The translations under genes were made by a program, and so were the position numbers. Positions 27,140 through 36,239 of a DNA stretch of 64,000 bases are shown here, piece by piece. This stretch comes from Deinococcales bacterium (GTDB taxonomy: Bacteria; Deinococcota; Deinococci; Deinococcales; JAAFIG01). The notes beneath the pieces were generated by a model. The model ran no database searches. It was not told the origin of the DNA and worked only from the letters and a program-made list of their open reading frames with translations. The stretch covers positions 66,134 through 130,133 of the forward strand of contig JANYHH010000028.1 in the NCBI GenBank assembly GCA_025359505.1, written 5' to 3'. The first letter of the stretch is position 1, and each line of letters starts with the position of its first letter.

Positions 27140-28033
27140 ATGGCATTGGTACTGACCTACGGTTCAAGCGGTTCACAGGGCGAACCCGTCGCCCGCAAGT
27201 TACTCGAGGCCGGGCATACGGTCAAAGCCGTCGTGCGTCACGTTGATCGGGCAGCCGCGTTGCAGGCGCGGGGCGCGGAGGTCGTGCGCGGGGATTTGTC
27301 GGATCTCGAGAGCCTGAAAGCCGCAAGCGCGGGTGTTGACGCGGTATTCCTGATGATGCCGTTCAGCGCGGGCGGCAACCCGTTCGCGCTGATGGGCAAC
27401 GCATTGAAGGCTGCCAAAGAGGGCGGCGCGAAGCTGTTGGTCTTCAACACGGGCGGTCATCCGCCGGAGTCACCGACCGGCATTCCGATGCTCGATTTCC
27501 GCCTTCAACTCGAGGATTTCATTGCCAACAGCGGCATCCCGACGATCATTCTGCGTCCCGGCGTGTACATGGAAAATTTCCTCGGCCCGTGGTGCTTACC
27601 GAGCATCAAAGAGCGCAACGCGGTCGCCTACCCGCACCGTGCCAAGATGCGCGTGTCGTGGATCGCCAGCGACGACCTCGGCGCGTTCGCGGTTTCAGCC
27701 CTCGAGCGTCCGCAGTTGGCCGGGCAGCGCTTCACACTCGGCGGCCCAGAGGCGCTCGACGGCGCAGCCATCGCCCACGCCTTCAGCGCGGCATTGGGGC
27801 GCGAGATCACTTACGACGGCATTGCACCCGAAGCCTTCGGCGCGACGATGGCGCAGATCATGGGGCCCGAGGCGGGCGCGGGCATCGGCGTCGCGTATGG
27901 CTACAGCAACGCGCAACCGGACGACGCAATGAGCGTGGACATGAGCGGCATCCTCGAGCAGTTACCCGTCAAACAAACGCGGCTCGAGGATTGGGTGCGC
28001 CAGCACCGCGCCGCGTTCGGGGCCGGCGCGTGA
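27140..28033 (+). CDS. NmrA family NAD(P)-binding protein
   Basis: Rossmann N-terminus LVLTYGSSGSQGEPVARKLLEAGHTVKAVVR. AAAGGAG lies upstream of the ATG at 27140. Confidence 0.8.
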   Translation: MALVLTYGSSGSQGEPVARKLLEAGHTVKAVVRHVDRAAALQARGAEVVRGDLSDLESLKAASAGVDAVFLMMPFSAGGNPFALMGNALKAAKEGGAKLLVFNTGGHPPESPTGIPMLDFRLQLEDFIANSGIPTIILRPGVYMENFLGPWCLPSIKERNAVAYPHRAKMRVSWIASDDLGAFAVSALERPQLAGQRFTLGGPEALDGAAIAHAFSAALGREITYDGIAPEAFGATMAQIMGPEAGAGIGVAYGYSNAQPDDAMSVDMSGILEQLPVKQTRLEDWVRQHRAAFGAGA

Positions 28034-28035
28034 AC

Positions 28036-29250
28036 TCAGGCGAGTTCGCTCAGGGCTGCGGTCAGATCGCGCTCGAGGTCGTCAGCATCTTCGATCCCGA
28101 CCGATAGTCGCAGCAGCCCGTCGGTCACGCCGATCAACGCCCTCGCCTGCGGGGTCAGCGCCCGGTGGCTGGTGCGGGCGGGGTAGGAGATTGTGCTCGA
28201 GACATCGGCGAGACTCGGCGCGAGCGGGATTTTACCGCTGAGCGCTTTGACGAAGCTTGACGCCGCATCAAAACCGCCGTGCAGCTCCAAAGCCATCATC
28301 CCACCCGTGCCGTGCGGGTAGAGCCGCGCCGCGAGGTCATGCTGCGGGTGGGACGCTAGGCTCGGGTGATCCACCCGAGCGATCTTCGGGTGAGCATACA
28401 AGAAGCGGGCGACTTGTAGGGCGTTGCTCGAGTGCGCCCGCATCCGCAGCGGCAGCGTTTTCAAGCCCATCAGCGCCAGCCACGCATCGAAGGCGGCCAT
28501 CGTCCCGCCCAAGCGCAACAGCTTCCCTCGAGCCGCTTCCACCACGTCTCTGGGCCCGATCACCGCCCCGCCCATCACCGCTCCGTGACCGCCGATGTAC
28601 TTGGCTAGGCTGTGGACGACGACATCCGCGCCATGCTGCATTGGGTTCATCAAGGCTGGACTGGCGAAGGTGTTGTCGACACTGACCCGCACGTTGTGCG
28701 CCTTCCCCAACGCGATCAGAACAGGCAGATCCGCGACGCGCAAGGTTGGGTTCGACAGCGACTCGAGGTGCAAGAGCTTGGTGTTGGGCTTAAACGCTGC
28801 CGCGACCGCCGCGTGATCCTGCGCGTCCACCAAGGAGACCTCGATACCCATTTGCGGCAAATCTACTGCGAGCAGCGCGAACGTCCCGCCGTAGACGTTG
28901 GAATCGGCAATCAGGTGATCGCCAGCCCCCAGCAGCGCCATAAACACGCTGCTGATCGCCGCCATGCCGCTCGCGGCGACCGCGCAGCTCGGCGCGTACT
29001 CGAGGGCTGCGAGTGTTTCCTCGAGCACCGCCGCATTCGGATGCCCGTTGCGGTAGTAGACGAAGCCGGGCTGTTCAAAGGTCATTGCTGATTCCAGCGC
29101 CTCGAGCGACGGATAGGTGTAAACGGTGGACTGGTGAATGGCGGGTTGAATCGGCTGCCCCACGCCGATGTTCAGCTCCAGACCAGCGCGGGCGGCAATG
29201 GTTTGCGGACTTTCGGTATTTACAGGCTCTGCACTCATGCGCTCGAGCAT
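28036..29250 (-). CDS. Cys/Met-metabolism PLP-dependent enzyme (cystathionine gamma-synthase / methionine gamma-lyase / OAH sulfhydrylase family)
   Basis: PLP-lysine context VVHSLAKYIGGHG and a C-terminal ...LLRLSVGIEDADDL signature. The start is either 29250 or 29238. Confidence 0.85.
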   Translation of the reverse strand: MLERMSAEPVNTESPQTIAARAGLELNIGVGQPIQPAIHQSTVYTYPSLEALESAMTFEQPGFVYYRNGHPNAAVLEETLAALEYAPSCAVAASGMAAISSVFMALLGAGDHLIADSNVYGGTFALLAVDLPQMGIEVSLVDAQDHAAVAAAFKPNTKLLHLESLSNPTLRVADLPVLIALGKAHNVRVSVDNTFASPALMNPMQHGADVVVHSLAKYIGGHGAVMGGAVIGPRDVVEAARGKLLRLGGTMAAFDAWLALMGLKTLPLRMRAHSSNALQVARFLYAHPKIARVDHPSLASHPQHDLAARLYPHGTGGMMALELHGGFDAASSFVKALSGKIPLAPSLADVSSTISYPARTSHRALTPQARALIGVTDGLLRLSVGIEDADDLERDLTAALSELA

Positions 29251-29320
29251 AAGCGCCGACTGGGGATGTTGTCGCCCTCGAGATACCTCCTACGCCCACG
29301 CTCAACTCGAGCGAGGTCTT

Positions 29321-29334
29321 TGTAATTATTTACA
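29321..29334. promoter_or_regulatory. palindromic operator candidate in a divergent promoter region
   Basis: TGTAAttatTTACA lies in the AT-rich core between the PLP-enzyme gene and the DHA2 MFS gene. Confidence 0.3.
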
Positions 29335-29415
29335 GAATTGCAGTGAGCTGCTACGCTTACAACCGTACGATCTCGCCGATCAACCCATCACTCGAGCGCA
29401 CCCGACAGGAGATTC

Positions 29416-31257
29416 ATGTCCGCACCGTCCACTGCACCGCAAAACGCCACTCCCGTTGTCAGCGACCGCGCCAGAGGGCAGATTCTGCTCGGCGTGATCC
29501 TCGCGCTGCTGCTCGGCGCTCTGGATCAGACCATCGTCAGCACCGCTGGCCCCGCGATTCAGACTGACCTGAAGATCAGCAACTCGCTGTACACGTGGTT
29601 GACCATCGGTTATCTCGTCTCGAGCACCGTCGTCGTGCCGATCTACGGGCGCTTGGGCGATCTATACGGGCGCAAAGTCGTGATTCTGTTTGGCATGGCA
29701 TTGTTCATTGCCGCTTCCTTGCTGTGCGCGATCTCGTGGGACGCGACCACGCTGATTTTGTTCAGGGCCTTGCAAGGTTTGGGCGGCGGGGCGCTGTTCA
29801 CGACCGCCTTCGCCATCGTCGCCGACCTCTACCCGCCCGCCGAGCGCGGGCGGATCAACGGTGCGCTGGGCGGCGTGTTCGGACTCTCGAGCGTGCTGGG
29901 GCCGCTGATCGGCGGTTTCATCACCGATAACTTCTCGTGGCACTGGATTTTTCTGGTCAACCTGCCGCTGGGTTTGATTGCGATGGCGTTCATCTTCAGG
30001 ATGCCGAACCTCAAATCGGCGGCGGCTCGAGGCAAGGTGGATTTCGCGGGCGCGTTCTGGCTGGTGGTCGCGGTCATTCCGCTGCTGCTGGCGCTGAGCT
30101 TGGGCAAATCCGATCCACTGCCGGGCGAGACGGCCTTCGCGTGGACATCGCCGCAAATCTTGGGGGGCTTCGCCTTGTTCGCCATCGGTTTGGTCGCGTT
30201 TATTCTGACCGAATTGCGCTCGAGCGACCCGCTGGTCGACCTGCGCTTTTTTCGCAACCGCACCTTCGCGCTGGCGAACTTAGCGATTTTCTTTCTGGGC
30301 GCGAGTTTTCTGGCGGCGATCATCTTCCTGCCGCTGTTCATGGTCAACGTCGTCGGTTTGAGCGCGACCGGCTCAGGGCTGACGACCACGCCGCTGACGT
30401 TTGGGCTGATCGCCAGCGCAATTATCTCTGGCGTGCTGACGCAGCGCTTCGGGCGCTACAAACCCGTGATGCTCGGGTCGCTGGTGGTGCTGATGATCGC
30501 CTTCGCGGTGATGGGCTTCACATTGACCCCGGAAAGCACGCAGCTCGAGGTGACGATTAAAATGACGCTGTTGGGATTGGGTCTCGGCGCGGTCGTGTCG
30601 CTGTACTCATTGGCGGTGCAGAACGCCTTGCCGCCGGAGAACACCGGCATTGCGACCTCGAGCACCAGTTTCTTTCAGCAGATGGGCGGCACGGTCGGAC
30701 TGGCGATTCTGGGCACGGTCTTCTCGGCGACCGTGCTAAGCAGCACCGCAACGCGCTCCTTGGACGCTGGCCTGCCACCCGCGCAATTCGCCGCACCCGC
30801 TGGCAAGGGCGCACCGCGACAAGCCGGAGCACCGAGGCTCGAGACGATCCAGCGGGGCATCACAGCCGGATTTGCTGTTCAGCGCACGCAACTCGAGGCG
30901 GTCTTCAAATCCGGCGATACCGCGAACGCCAAGGCGCTGCTCGAGAACCCGCAAACGAGTCCGCAACTCAAAGCCGCGCTGAGCGGCGTGGTCAGTGGCA
31001 CGCTGTCCCCCAAGGCCCGAGCGCAGACGCTAGAGGGCGTACTGGCGGGCTTGGCGGTGGCTGAACGCGGCTCACTCGAGGCAGCCAGTAAAAGTGTGAT
31101 GGTTTTCAAAGGCGCGTTCACCGACGGCATCAAGCGCCTCTATCAGATTGGCATTCTAATCGTGCTGATCGGCTTTTTCATCACCGCACTGCTGCCCGAG
31201 ATTCCGCTGCGTAAAGGCAGCGACGATGGGACGCCCGCTTTCGCTGGCGGGGATTGA
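29416..31257 (+). CDS. MFS transporter, DHA2 (EmrB/QacA, 14-TMS) family, with a long hydrophilic insertion near the C-terminus
   Basis: LDQTIVSTAGPAI and GRLGDLYGRK motifs. AGGAG lies 5 nt upstream of the ATG. A ~130-aa soluble Ala-rich segment precedes the last TMS. Confidence 0.88.
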   Translation: MSAPSTAPQNATPVVSDRARGQILLGVILALLLGALDQTIVSTAGPAIQTDLKISNSLYTWLTIGYLVSSTVVVPIYGRLGDLYGRKVVILFGMALFIAASLLCAISWDATTLILFRALQGLGGGALFTTAFAIVADLYPPAERGRINGALGGVFGLSSVLGPLIGGFITDNFSWHWIFLVNLPLGLIAMAFIFRMPNLKSAAARGKVDFAGAFWLVVAVIPLLLALSLGKSDPLPGETAFAWTSPQILGGFALFAIGLVAFILTELRSSDPLVDLRFFRNRTFALANLAIFFLGASFLAAIIFLPLFMVNVVGLSATGSGLTTTPLTFGLIASAIISGVLTQRFGRYKPVMLGSLVVLMIAFAVMGFTLTPESTQLEVTIKMTLLGLGLGAVVSLYSLAVQNALPPENTGIATSSTSFFQQMGGTVGLAILGTVFSATVLSSTATRSLDAGLPPAQFAAPAGKGAPRQAGAPRLETIQRGITAGFAVQRTQLEAVFKSGDTANAKALLENPQTSPQLKAALSGVVSGTLSPKARAQTLEGVLAGLAVAERGSLEAASKSVMVFKGAFTDGIKRLYQIGILIVLIGFFITALLPEIPLRKGSDDGTPAFAGGD

Positions 31258-31292
31258 GCACAACTTCGAGACTCGAGTGCGTGAGTGAGAAC

Positions 31293-31320
31293 GTAGGGGC
31301 TTGCCACTGCAAGCCTTTAC
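31293..31320 (+). terminator. hairpin GTAGGGGCTTGC-cact-GCAAGCCTTTAC after the MFS gene
   Basis: Stem pairing is 10 of 12. It shares the GTAGGGGC head with the REP-like hairpins at 20585 and 62161. Confidence 0.4.
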
Positions 31321-31464
31321 CACCGCGCAGCCTCACGCCAACAGCGTGACGGCTCTCGAGCCAGACCGCAATGTTGGAACATTTTGAATTCGCCCTCGAG
31401 ATAAAAGCCTGACTGAACCGCAGCCTCGAGCCTCGAGTGGTGAGAAAACACTGTAGACTCCCGC

Positions 31465-32280
31465 ATGGAAAAATACCTCGTTCAGCCCGGCAAGAAGCTC
31501 AAACTCGCTAAAATCGCCACGGACGACGCAGGGAAATTCACCTCCGCGATCGGCAAAGCGCAGTCCGAAGCCAAAACGTCCGAGTTGAAGCTCCGATTAG
31601 AGAAACTGCAAGAAAAGCTCTTCGCCAGCAGCGCTCGAGGGCTGCTGATTGTGTTGCAGGCGATGGATGGCAGCGGCAAGGACAGCGCCACCAAGCAGCT
31701 TTTCGCGGGTTGCTCCCCGAACGGCGTGCGCGTCTCGTACTTCAAAGCTCCAAGCGCATTGGAGCTGAGCCACGATTACCTCTGGCGCGTGCATCAGCAG
31801 TGCCCGCCGAAGGGGATCATCGGGATTTTGAACCGCAGCCATTACGAGGACGTGCTGATTACTCGAGTTCACGGTTGGGTCAGCGAGAAAGTCGTGCAGC
31901 AACGCTTCGCGCAGATTCGCTCCTTCGAGCAGATGCTCAGCGAATCCGGCACGACGATCCTCAAGTTTCACCTGCGGATCTCCAAGGAGGAGCAGGCAAT
32001 TCAGTTGCAAGAGCGGGTGGACGACCCAACCAAGCGCTGGAAGTTCAATCCCGGCGATCTCGAGGAGCGCAAACTGTGGGACAAGTACATGAGCGCGTAT
32101 CAGGACGCATTGGAGGCGACCAGCACCGCTACCGCGCCGTGGTACGTGATTCCGAGCGACAAGCGCTGGTATCGCAATTACGTGATGACGAAAATCATCG
32201 TCGCCGCACTGGAGGACATGAAGCTCGAGTACCCAGTCGGCAATCCAGCGGTGGACTGGGCGAATTTGAAGATCGTCTGA
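31465..32280 (+). CDS. ppk2: polyphosphate kinase 2 family protein (polyphosphate:nucleotide phosphotransferase)
   Basis: Walker A-like QAMDGSGKDS, a YLWRVH lid region, and the typical 271-aa single-domain PPK2 length. Confidence 0.88.
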   Translation: MEKYLVQPGKKLKLAKIATDDAGKFTSAIGKAQSEAKTSELKLRLEKLQEKLFASSARGLLIVLQAMDGSGKDSATKQLFAGCSPNGVRVSYFKAPSALELSHDYLWRVHQQCPPKGIIGILNRSHYEDVLITRVHGWVSEKVVQQRFAQIRSFEQMLSESGTTILKFHLRISKEEQAIQLQERVDDPTKRWKFNPGDLEERKLWDKYMSAYQDALEATSTATAPWYVIPSDKRWYRNYVMTKIIVAALEDMKLEYPVGNPAVDWANLKIV

Positions 32281-32288
32281 GTAAAAAA

Positions 32289-32319
32289 AGCCCCTCGAGC
32301 AGTTGTTGCTTGAGGGGCT
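32289..32319 (-). terminator. rho-independent terminator (bidirectional hairpin) between convergent genes
   Basis: AGCCCCTCGAGC-agttgtt-GCTTGAGGGGCT. On the minus strand the stem is followed by TTTTTTT (32282-32288), directly after the coiled-coil gene stop. Confidence 0.8.
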
Positions 32320-32339
32320 ACTGAAATTCGCGTTCAGCT

Positions 32340-35300
32340 TTACGTGGCCCAGCCGACCAGTAGCTCAAAATCCTTTTGCGCTTGGCTGAAAATCCGACTG
32401 TAGACGGCCATGTCTTCCAGTTGCACGACGATGGTGTATTGCGCGATTTCGCCTTCGTTCGGGCGCAAGTACAGCGCCAGCGCCGCGCCGCCCGCGTATT
32501 CGACGGTGTATAAGCGCACGGGTTTGCGTTTGAGTTCGCGGGCGAGTTCTAAATTGTAACGCTCGACCTCGAGCAGCAGCTTGCCGAGTGCAGCCGGATC
32601 GCTAACGTTGCCTTGCTCCAAAGTCCCGTTTTTCATCAGGGCGACGCGTCCAACGCCGCGCTCGCGGCTGAGCGCAGCGATCCACATGTGCAGCGGGTTG
32701 TCGGTATCGGTGGTGATCGGTTCGGCGGGCAGGCTGGCTGGTGCTTGGATCACCTCGAGTGGTGATTTGACTGAGATCTCGGCAGCGGGTGAGACGACCT
32801 TTTTCTGCATTGGCCCCAGCACACCCAGCAGATCGTCGATCTGACCACTGTCTTGCAGCGCGGCCGCTACAGCGCTGGCCGCTTCGTACTCCTGACGGGC
32901 GGTGACGAGCAGACGCTCGGCTTCCTCGAGCGTGCGCGTCAAACGCAGGCGCGTGTCGACCAAGATTCGCCCGGCGGGTTCGGCGCTGAGCACGCTGGCG
33001 AGCTGCCCGAGTTGGCGCGTCGTCTCGCCGCCCAGTGCGCGGTAACTGCCTGCCTCTGCCAGCACCGCTTCAGTGCGGGTGCGCCACTCGGAGCGCAATT
33101 TATCTTCCAACACGCGCAGCCCCTCCAACTTGTCCCACGCGGCGGACAGATTGATCAACTCGCCGCGCTCGTGCTGCATGCGAGCGGTGCTCAGGTTTTC
33201 TAGCAGCGGTCGGGCTTCGGGCAGCGGGGTGTACTCGCGCACCGCGTTCTCCAACTCGCTCAGCTCGCGCTGCTGCGCGTTGAGTCTGGCTTCGCGTTGC
33301 GCCCGCAGGCTGCCCTCTAAGCTATTCAAATCCGGGAAGCTGCCGTGCTCCAAATCTTCGTGGGCGGTGTTGATGTCCTCGATCAGTTCAGAAGCGCTGA
33401 TTTCGCGGGCGCGAATCTCCAAATCATCAAGTTTTGCGGTGAACAGCGTGGCGGCCGAGCCGCGCACCGTCTCGAGCTGCGATTTGAAGCCGTCGATCAG
33501 CTCACTAATGAACTCCCCGCGCTCCAAGCGAGCGCTGGCGGTGCTGAACTGCTCTTCCAAAGCGATCATGGTGCTGTTCAACTCCGGCAGGTCAGGCAGT
33601 GCAGCCAACGTTAAACGCATGGCCCGCATCGCGCCGGACTCGCGGCCCAGTTGCACGCGGCGCTCGTTCTCCAAACGCTCGGCTTCGCGCTGGGCTTCGA
33701 TGCGCTGGCGCTCTTTGTCCAAGCGCTCGGCTTCCAACTTCGCGGCCGCCTCGGCTTGCAGGCGCTTTTCTAACTCTACCCGCGCTTTTTCCTCGAGCGC
33801 CACGCGCTCGCTCTCCAAGCGCTGGGCTTGGAGACGGGCGCGTTCGAGCGCCTCTGCCCGCTCCTGCTCCAAGCGCTCGGCTTCGAGCTGCGCGTCCGCT
33901 TCGGCCTTGCGCTTCAGCGCAGCCTCGGCGCGTTCGCGCTCCAAGCGCTCAGCTTGGAGCTGGGCCTGCTGGGCGGCTTGCATGCGCTCCTGCTCCAAGC
34001 GCTGCGCGGCGGCCGCGGCCGCCGCCCGTGCGTCGGTCTCAGCTTTCAGACGCGCCTCGTCCTCCAAGCGCAAGCGCAGCGCCTCAGCCGCCCGCTGGCG
34101 CTCCACTGCTTCACGTTCGGCGGATAAATGTGCCTCGAGCGCCGCTTCCAAGTGGGTCAACGTCTCGCTCAAGGTTTTGGTCAAGTCGTCGCGCAGGTGA
34201 AACGCGGCCACTTCACGCTCGAGTTCCTCCAAATGATGCTGGAACTCCAGCACTGGTTTACCGAGCACCGTGAAGCTCGGCAGGGCGCTTTTGAACTCGT
34301 TGTACATGCCCTGCTGACGCAGCAAGGCCCGCTCGAGCCGCACCACGTCCTCGGCCGCCACGCGCTCGCGCTCCTCGAATTGCCTGTCCAGCGTCCGCAA
34401 GCTGTCCTCGAGCTTGCCCAGATCCTCGCTGGCCAGTGCGCCGCTCAAAGTTGTTCCCTGCGCGACGCTCAAGTTCAGGCGGGCATCGCCGACATCCAAA
34501 CCCGACTCTCCGAGTAAATCCAGTCGCGGGCCGATCTCGCTCAAACGGCGCTTCTGGCGCTGCAATTCAATCTCGCGCAGCTCCAATAACCCCGATCTAA
34601 AGTTGTGCAGATCGTCTTGCAGGACTTGCCCGCTGCGGTTGCGATTTTGGAGCGCCGCAAATTGCGTGGCCGCGAGTGGGTTAACAATCAGCACACCGCG
34701 ATACTCGGCTTCTAAACTCTCCAGCGCCCGTGTTTCCTCGGAGAGTTCGATCTCTTTAACGCGCTCGGATTGCTCTGGGGTCAGTTCCAGATCTGGGAAT
34801 TCAAATTCGATGTCCAGCATCGAATCTTTGACTGACACATCCTCCAGAAAAACGATGCTCTGCGCGGCATGCGGCGCGAATTCGACCTCCAAGATTTCGC
34901 CCGTGCCCTTGCCGGGTGCGGGTGGGCGCGGCTCTTGAACCGTGATCTCATCGTCCAGTTCCGCCGGCGAGAGGTTGACGACGCTCGATTCGACAAGTTT
35001 ACGCAAGTCGACCACCAATTTACGGGCGCGTTCGACCTCGGCCGGAGCGAGCGTCGCGCTGCCCTGCGCGTCAACGATCTGATCGATCAATGTCTCCAAG
35101 CGCTTGACGCGTGGGCCGCCCATCGTCCGCACGCGGTCAAAGCCGCCCTGCAACTCTGCGATGTCCTGCGCTTGGCGCACCAGCAGATCCTGCAATTTGC
35201 GCTCCAAAGCCTCGAGCTGCGCCCCGGCGTCGCGCTGCAACTCCGGCGCATCGCGCCCGAGGGCTTGCTGCTCGCGCAGCACGCTCAGTTGGCTGCGAAA

Positions 35301-35654
35301 TTTCTGAACCTCTGGCCATTCAAAGTACAAGTTGAAGCGCTTCAACCCATCTTCCAGCACAGGTGACGAGCCAGATTTCGGCGCGACCGCATTGACTGGC
35401 GCGGTCTCAAGCGCCTCGAGACTTTGCAGTGAGTTAATCAGGCTCTGCACCAGATTCTTGGCATTGGCGGGCGGCAGAATCACTTGCAACTGCTTGTAAA
35501 CGCTGGACTTCATGGCTTTCTCTAAATCGCGCACGGTGGCGGTACTCGGGGTTTTGCCCAAGCGACCCAAGCCCTCGAGCAGACTGGCCTGCACGGTCGT
35601 GAGGCTGGGATCAGCCTCGAAAAGTTTCAGGGTGGCTTGATAAACCGCGTTCAC
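32340..35654 (-). CDS. large (~1100 aa) coiled-coil protein with a Roadblock/LC7-like C-terminal domain; function unknown
   Basis: Continuous ORF with heptad-like E/R/A/L/Q-rich sequence and an ERLE-type repeat block. The C-terminal ~110 aa (GVGRVALMKNGTLEQGNV...VRLYTVEYAGGAALALYL...YTIVVQLEDMAVYSRIF) resemble Roadblock/MglB folds. The likely start is GTG at 35654-35652, preceded by GGAGGG. Confidence 0.8.
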   Translation of the reverse strand: MNAVYQATLKLFEADPSLTTVQASLLEGLGRLGKTPSTATVRDLEKAMKSSVYKQLQVILPPANAKNLVQSLINSLQSLEALETAPVNAVAPKSGSSPVLEDGLKRFNLYFEWPEVQKFRSQLSVLREQQALGRDAPELQRDAGAQLEALERKLQDLLVRQAQDIAELQGGFDRVRTMGGPRVKRLETLIDQIVDAQGSATLAPAEVERARKLVVDLRKLVESSVVNLSPAELDDEITVQEPRPPAPGKGTGEILEVEFAPHAAQSIVFLEDVSVKDSMLDIEFEFPDLELTPEQSERVKEIELSEETRALESLEAEYRGVLIVNPLAATQFAALQNRNRSGQVLQDDLHNFRSGLLELREIELQRQKRRLSEIGPRLDLLGESGLDVGDARLNLSVAQGTTLSGALASEDLGKLEDSLRTLDRQFEERERVAAEDVVRLERALLRQQGMYNEFKSALPSFTVLGKPVLEFQHHLEELEREVAAFHLRDDLTKTLSETLTHLEAALEAHLSAEREAVERQRAAEALRLRLEDEARLKAETDARAAAAAAAQRLEQERMQAAQQAQLQAERLERERAEAALKRKAEADAQLEAERLEQERAEALERARLQAQRLESERVALEEKARVELEKRLQAEAAAKLEAERLDKERQRIEAQREAERLENERRVQLGRESGAMRAMRLTLAALPDLPELNSTMIALEEQFSTASARLERGEFISELIDGFKSQLETVRGSAATLFTAKLDDLEIRAREISASELIEDINTAHEDLEHGSFPDLNSLEGSLRAQREARLNAQQRELSELENAVREYTPLPEARPLLENLSTARMQHERGELINLSAAWDKLEGLRVLEDKLRSEWRTRTEAVLAEAGSYRALGGETTRQLGQLASVLSAEPAGRILVDTRLRLTRTLEEAERLLVTARQEYEAASAVAAALQDSGQIDDLLGVLGPMQKKVVSPAAEISVKSPLEVIQAPASLPAEPITTDTDNPLHMWIAALSRERGVGRVALMKNGTLEQGNVSDPAALGKLLLEVERYNLELARELKRKPVRLYTVEYAGGAALALYLRPNEGEIAQYTIVVQLEDMAVYSRIFSQAQKDFELLVGWAT

Positions 35655-35786
35655 GTGCCCTCCGAAGTGCGTCGCATCAGATACCCGGTAGCTTACCGCG
35701 TGAAAACCCTTCGAGAGGCGAAAGTTGCACACGGCCGCGAAAGCCAGCGAAGCTGTCTGGATACCTGTGCCCTGCGAGGCTCGAGG

Positions 35787-36239
35787 TTAACGGACAGACT
35801 TGCCGCTTTGATGCTGGTACTGGCGGATCATCGCGCCGCTCATCGCTTTGAATCCGAGTTTTTCATAAAAGGAAAGCAGGTTGTCATCGCACAGTACGTC
35901 GATCATGTATAACCCCTCGAGCAACACCTTCATACGCGTCATCAACTCGCGCCCCACGCCACGCCCCTGATGGCTGGGCAGCACCTCGAGCAAGGAAATG
36001 TACGCGCTCAGCACACCGTCTGAAATTGCACTGACGAAGCCGCTGACCTGATCTCCCTCGAGCGCCAGCACAATAGAAGCGCTGTTCTCGAGAATCCGTA
36101 AGTGCGTGCCGGGCAATGGCGGGTTCGGCCAACCGACAAAGAACCCCTCGAGCTGCGCCGCGCTGATGCCGTCGAGGTTTGATTGGTAAACAATCACGAC
36201 GCCACTGTACGGTAAAATAAAGTCATGCAACTGAACCAT
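35787..36239 (-). CDS. GNAT family N-acetyltransferase
   Basis: Acetyl-CoA motif LLEVLPSHQGRGVGRELM and C-terminal FYEKLGF. The start is uncertain: ATG at 36239 would overlap the divergent VOC gene start by 15 nt, and downstream GTG alternatives exist. Confidence 0.75.
   Translation of the reverse strand: MVQLHDFILPYSGVVIVYQSNLDGISAAQLEGFFVGWPNPPLPGTHLRILENSASIVLALEGDQVSGFVSAISDGVLSAYISLLEVLPSHQGRGVGRELMTRMKVLLEGLYMIDVLCDDNLLSFYEKLGFKAMSGAMIRQYQHQSGKSVR

Noticed and set aside
33073-34273. Long plus-strand ORFs (375 aa and 224 aa) rich in Ser/Ala/Arg/Pro
   Set aside because: They are antisense to the coiled-coil gene. The composition is the mirror image of the GAG/CGC/GCC-rich repeats. They have no SD and no recognisable domain.
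32340-35654. Coiled-coil protein as the missing SbcC/Rad50 or an SMC protein
   Set aside because: The only P-loop-like string (GLGRLGKT) sits in a helical context. There is no ABC signature, Walker B or D-loop at the C-terminus, and no zinc hook CxxC. It lies 5.4 kb from sbcD with unrelated genes between.
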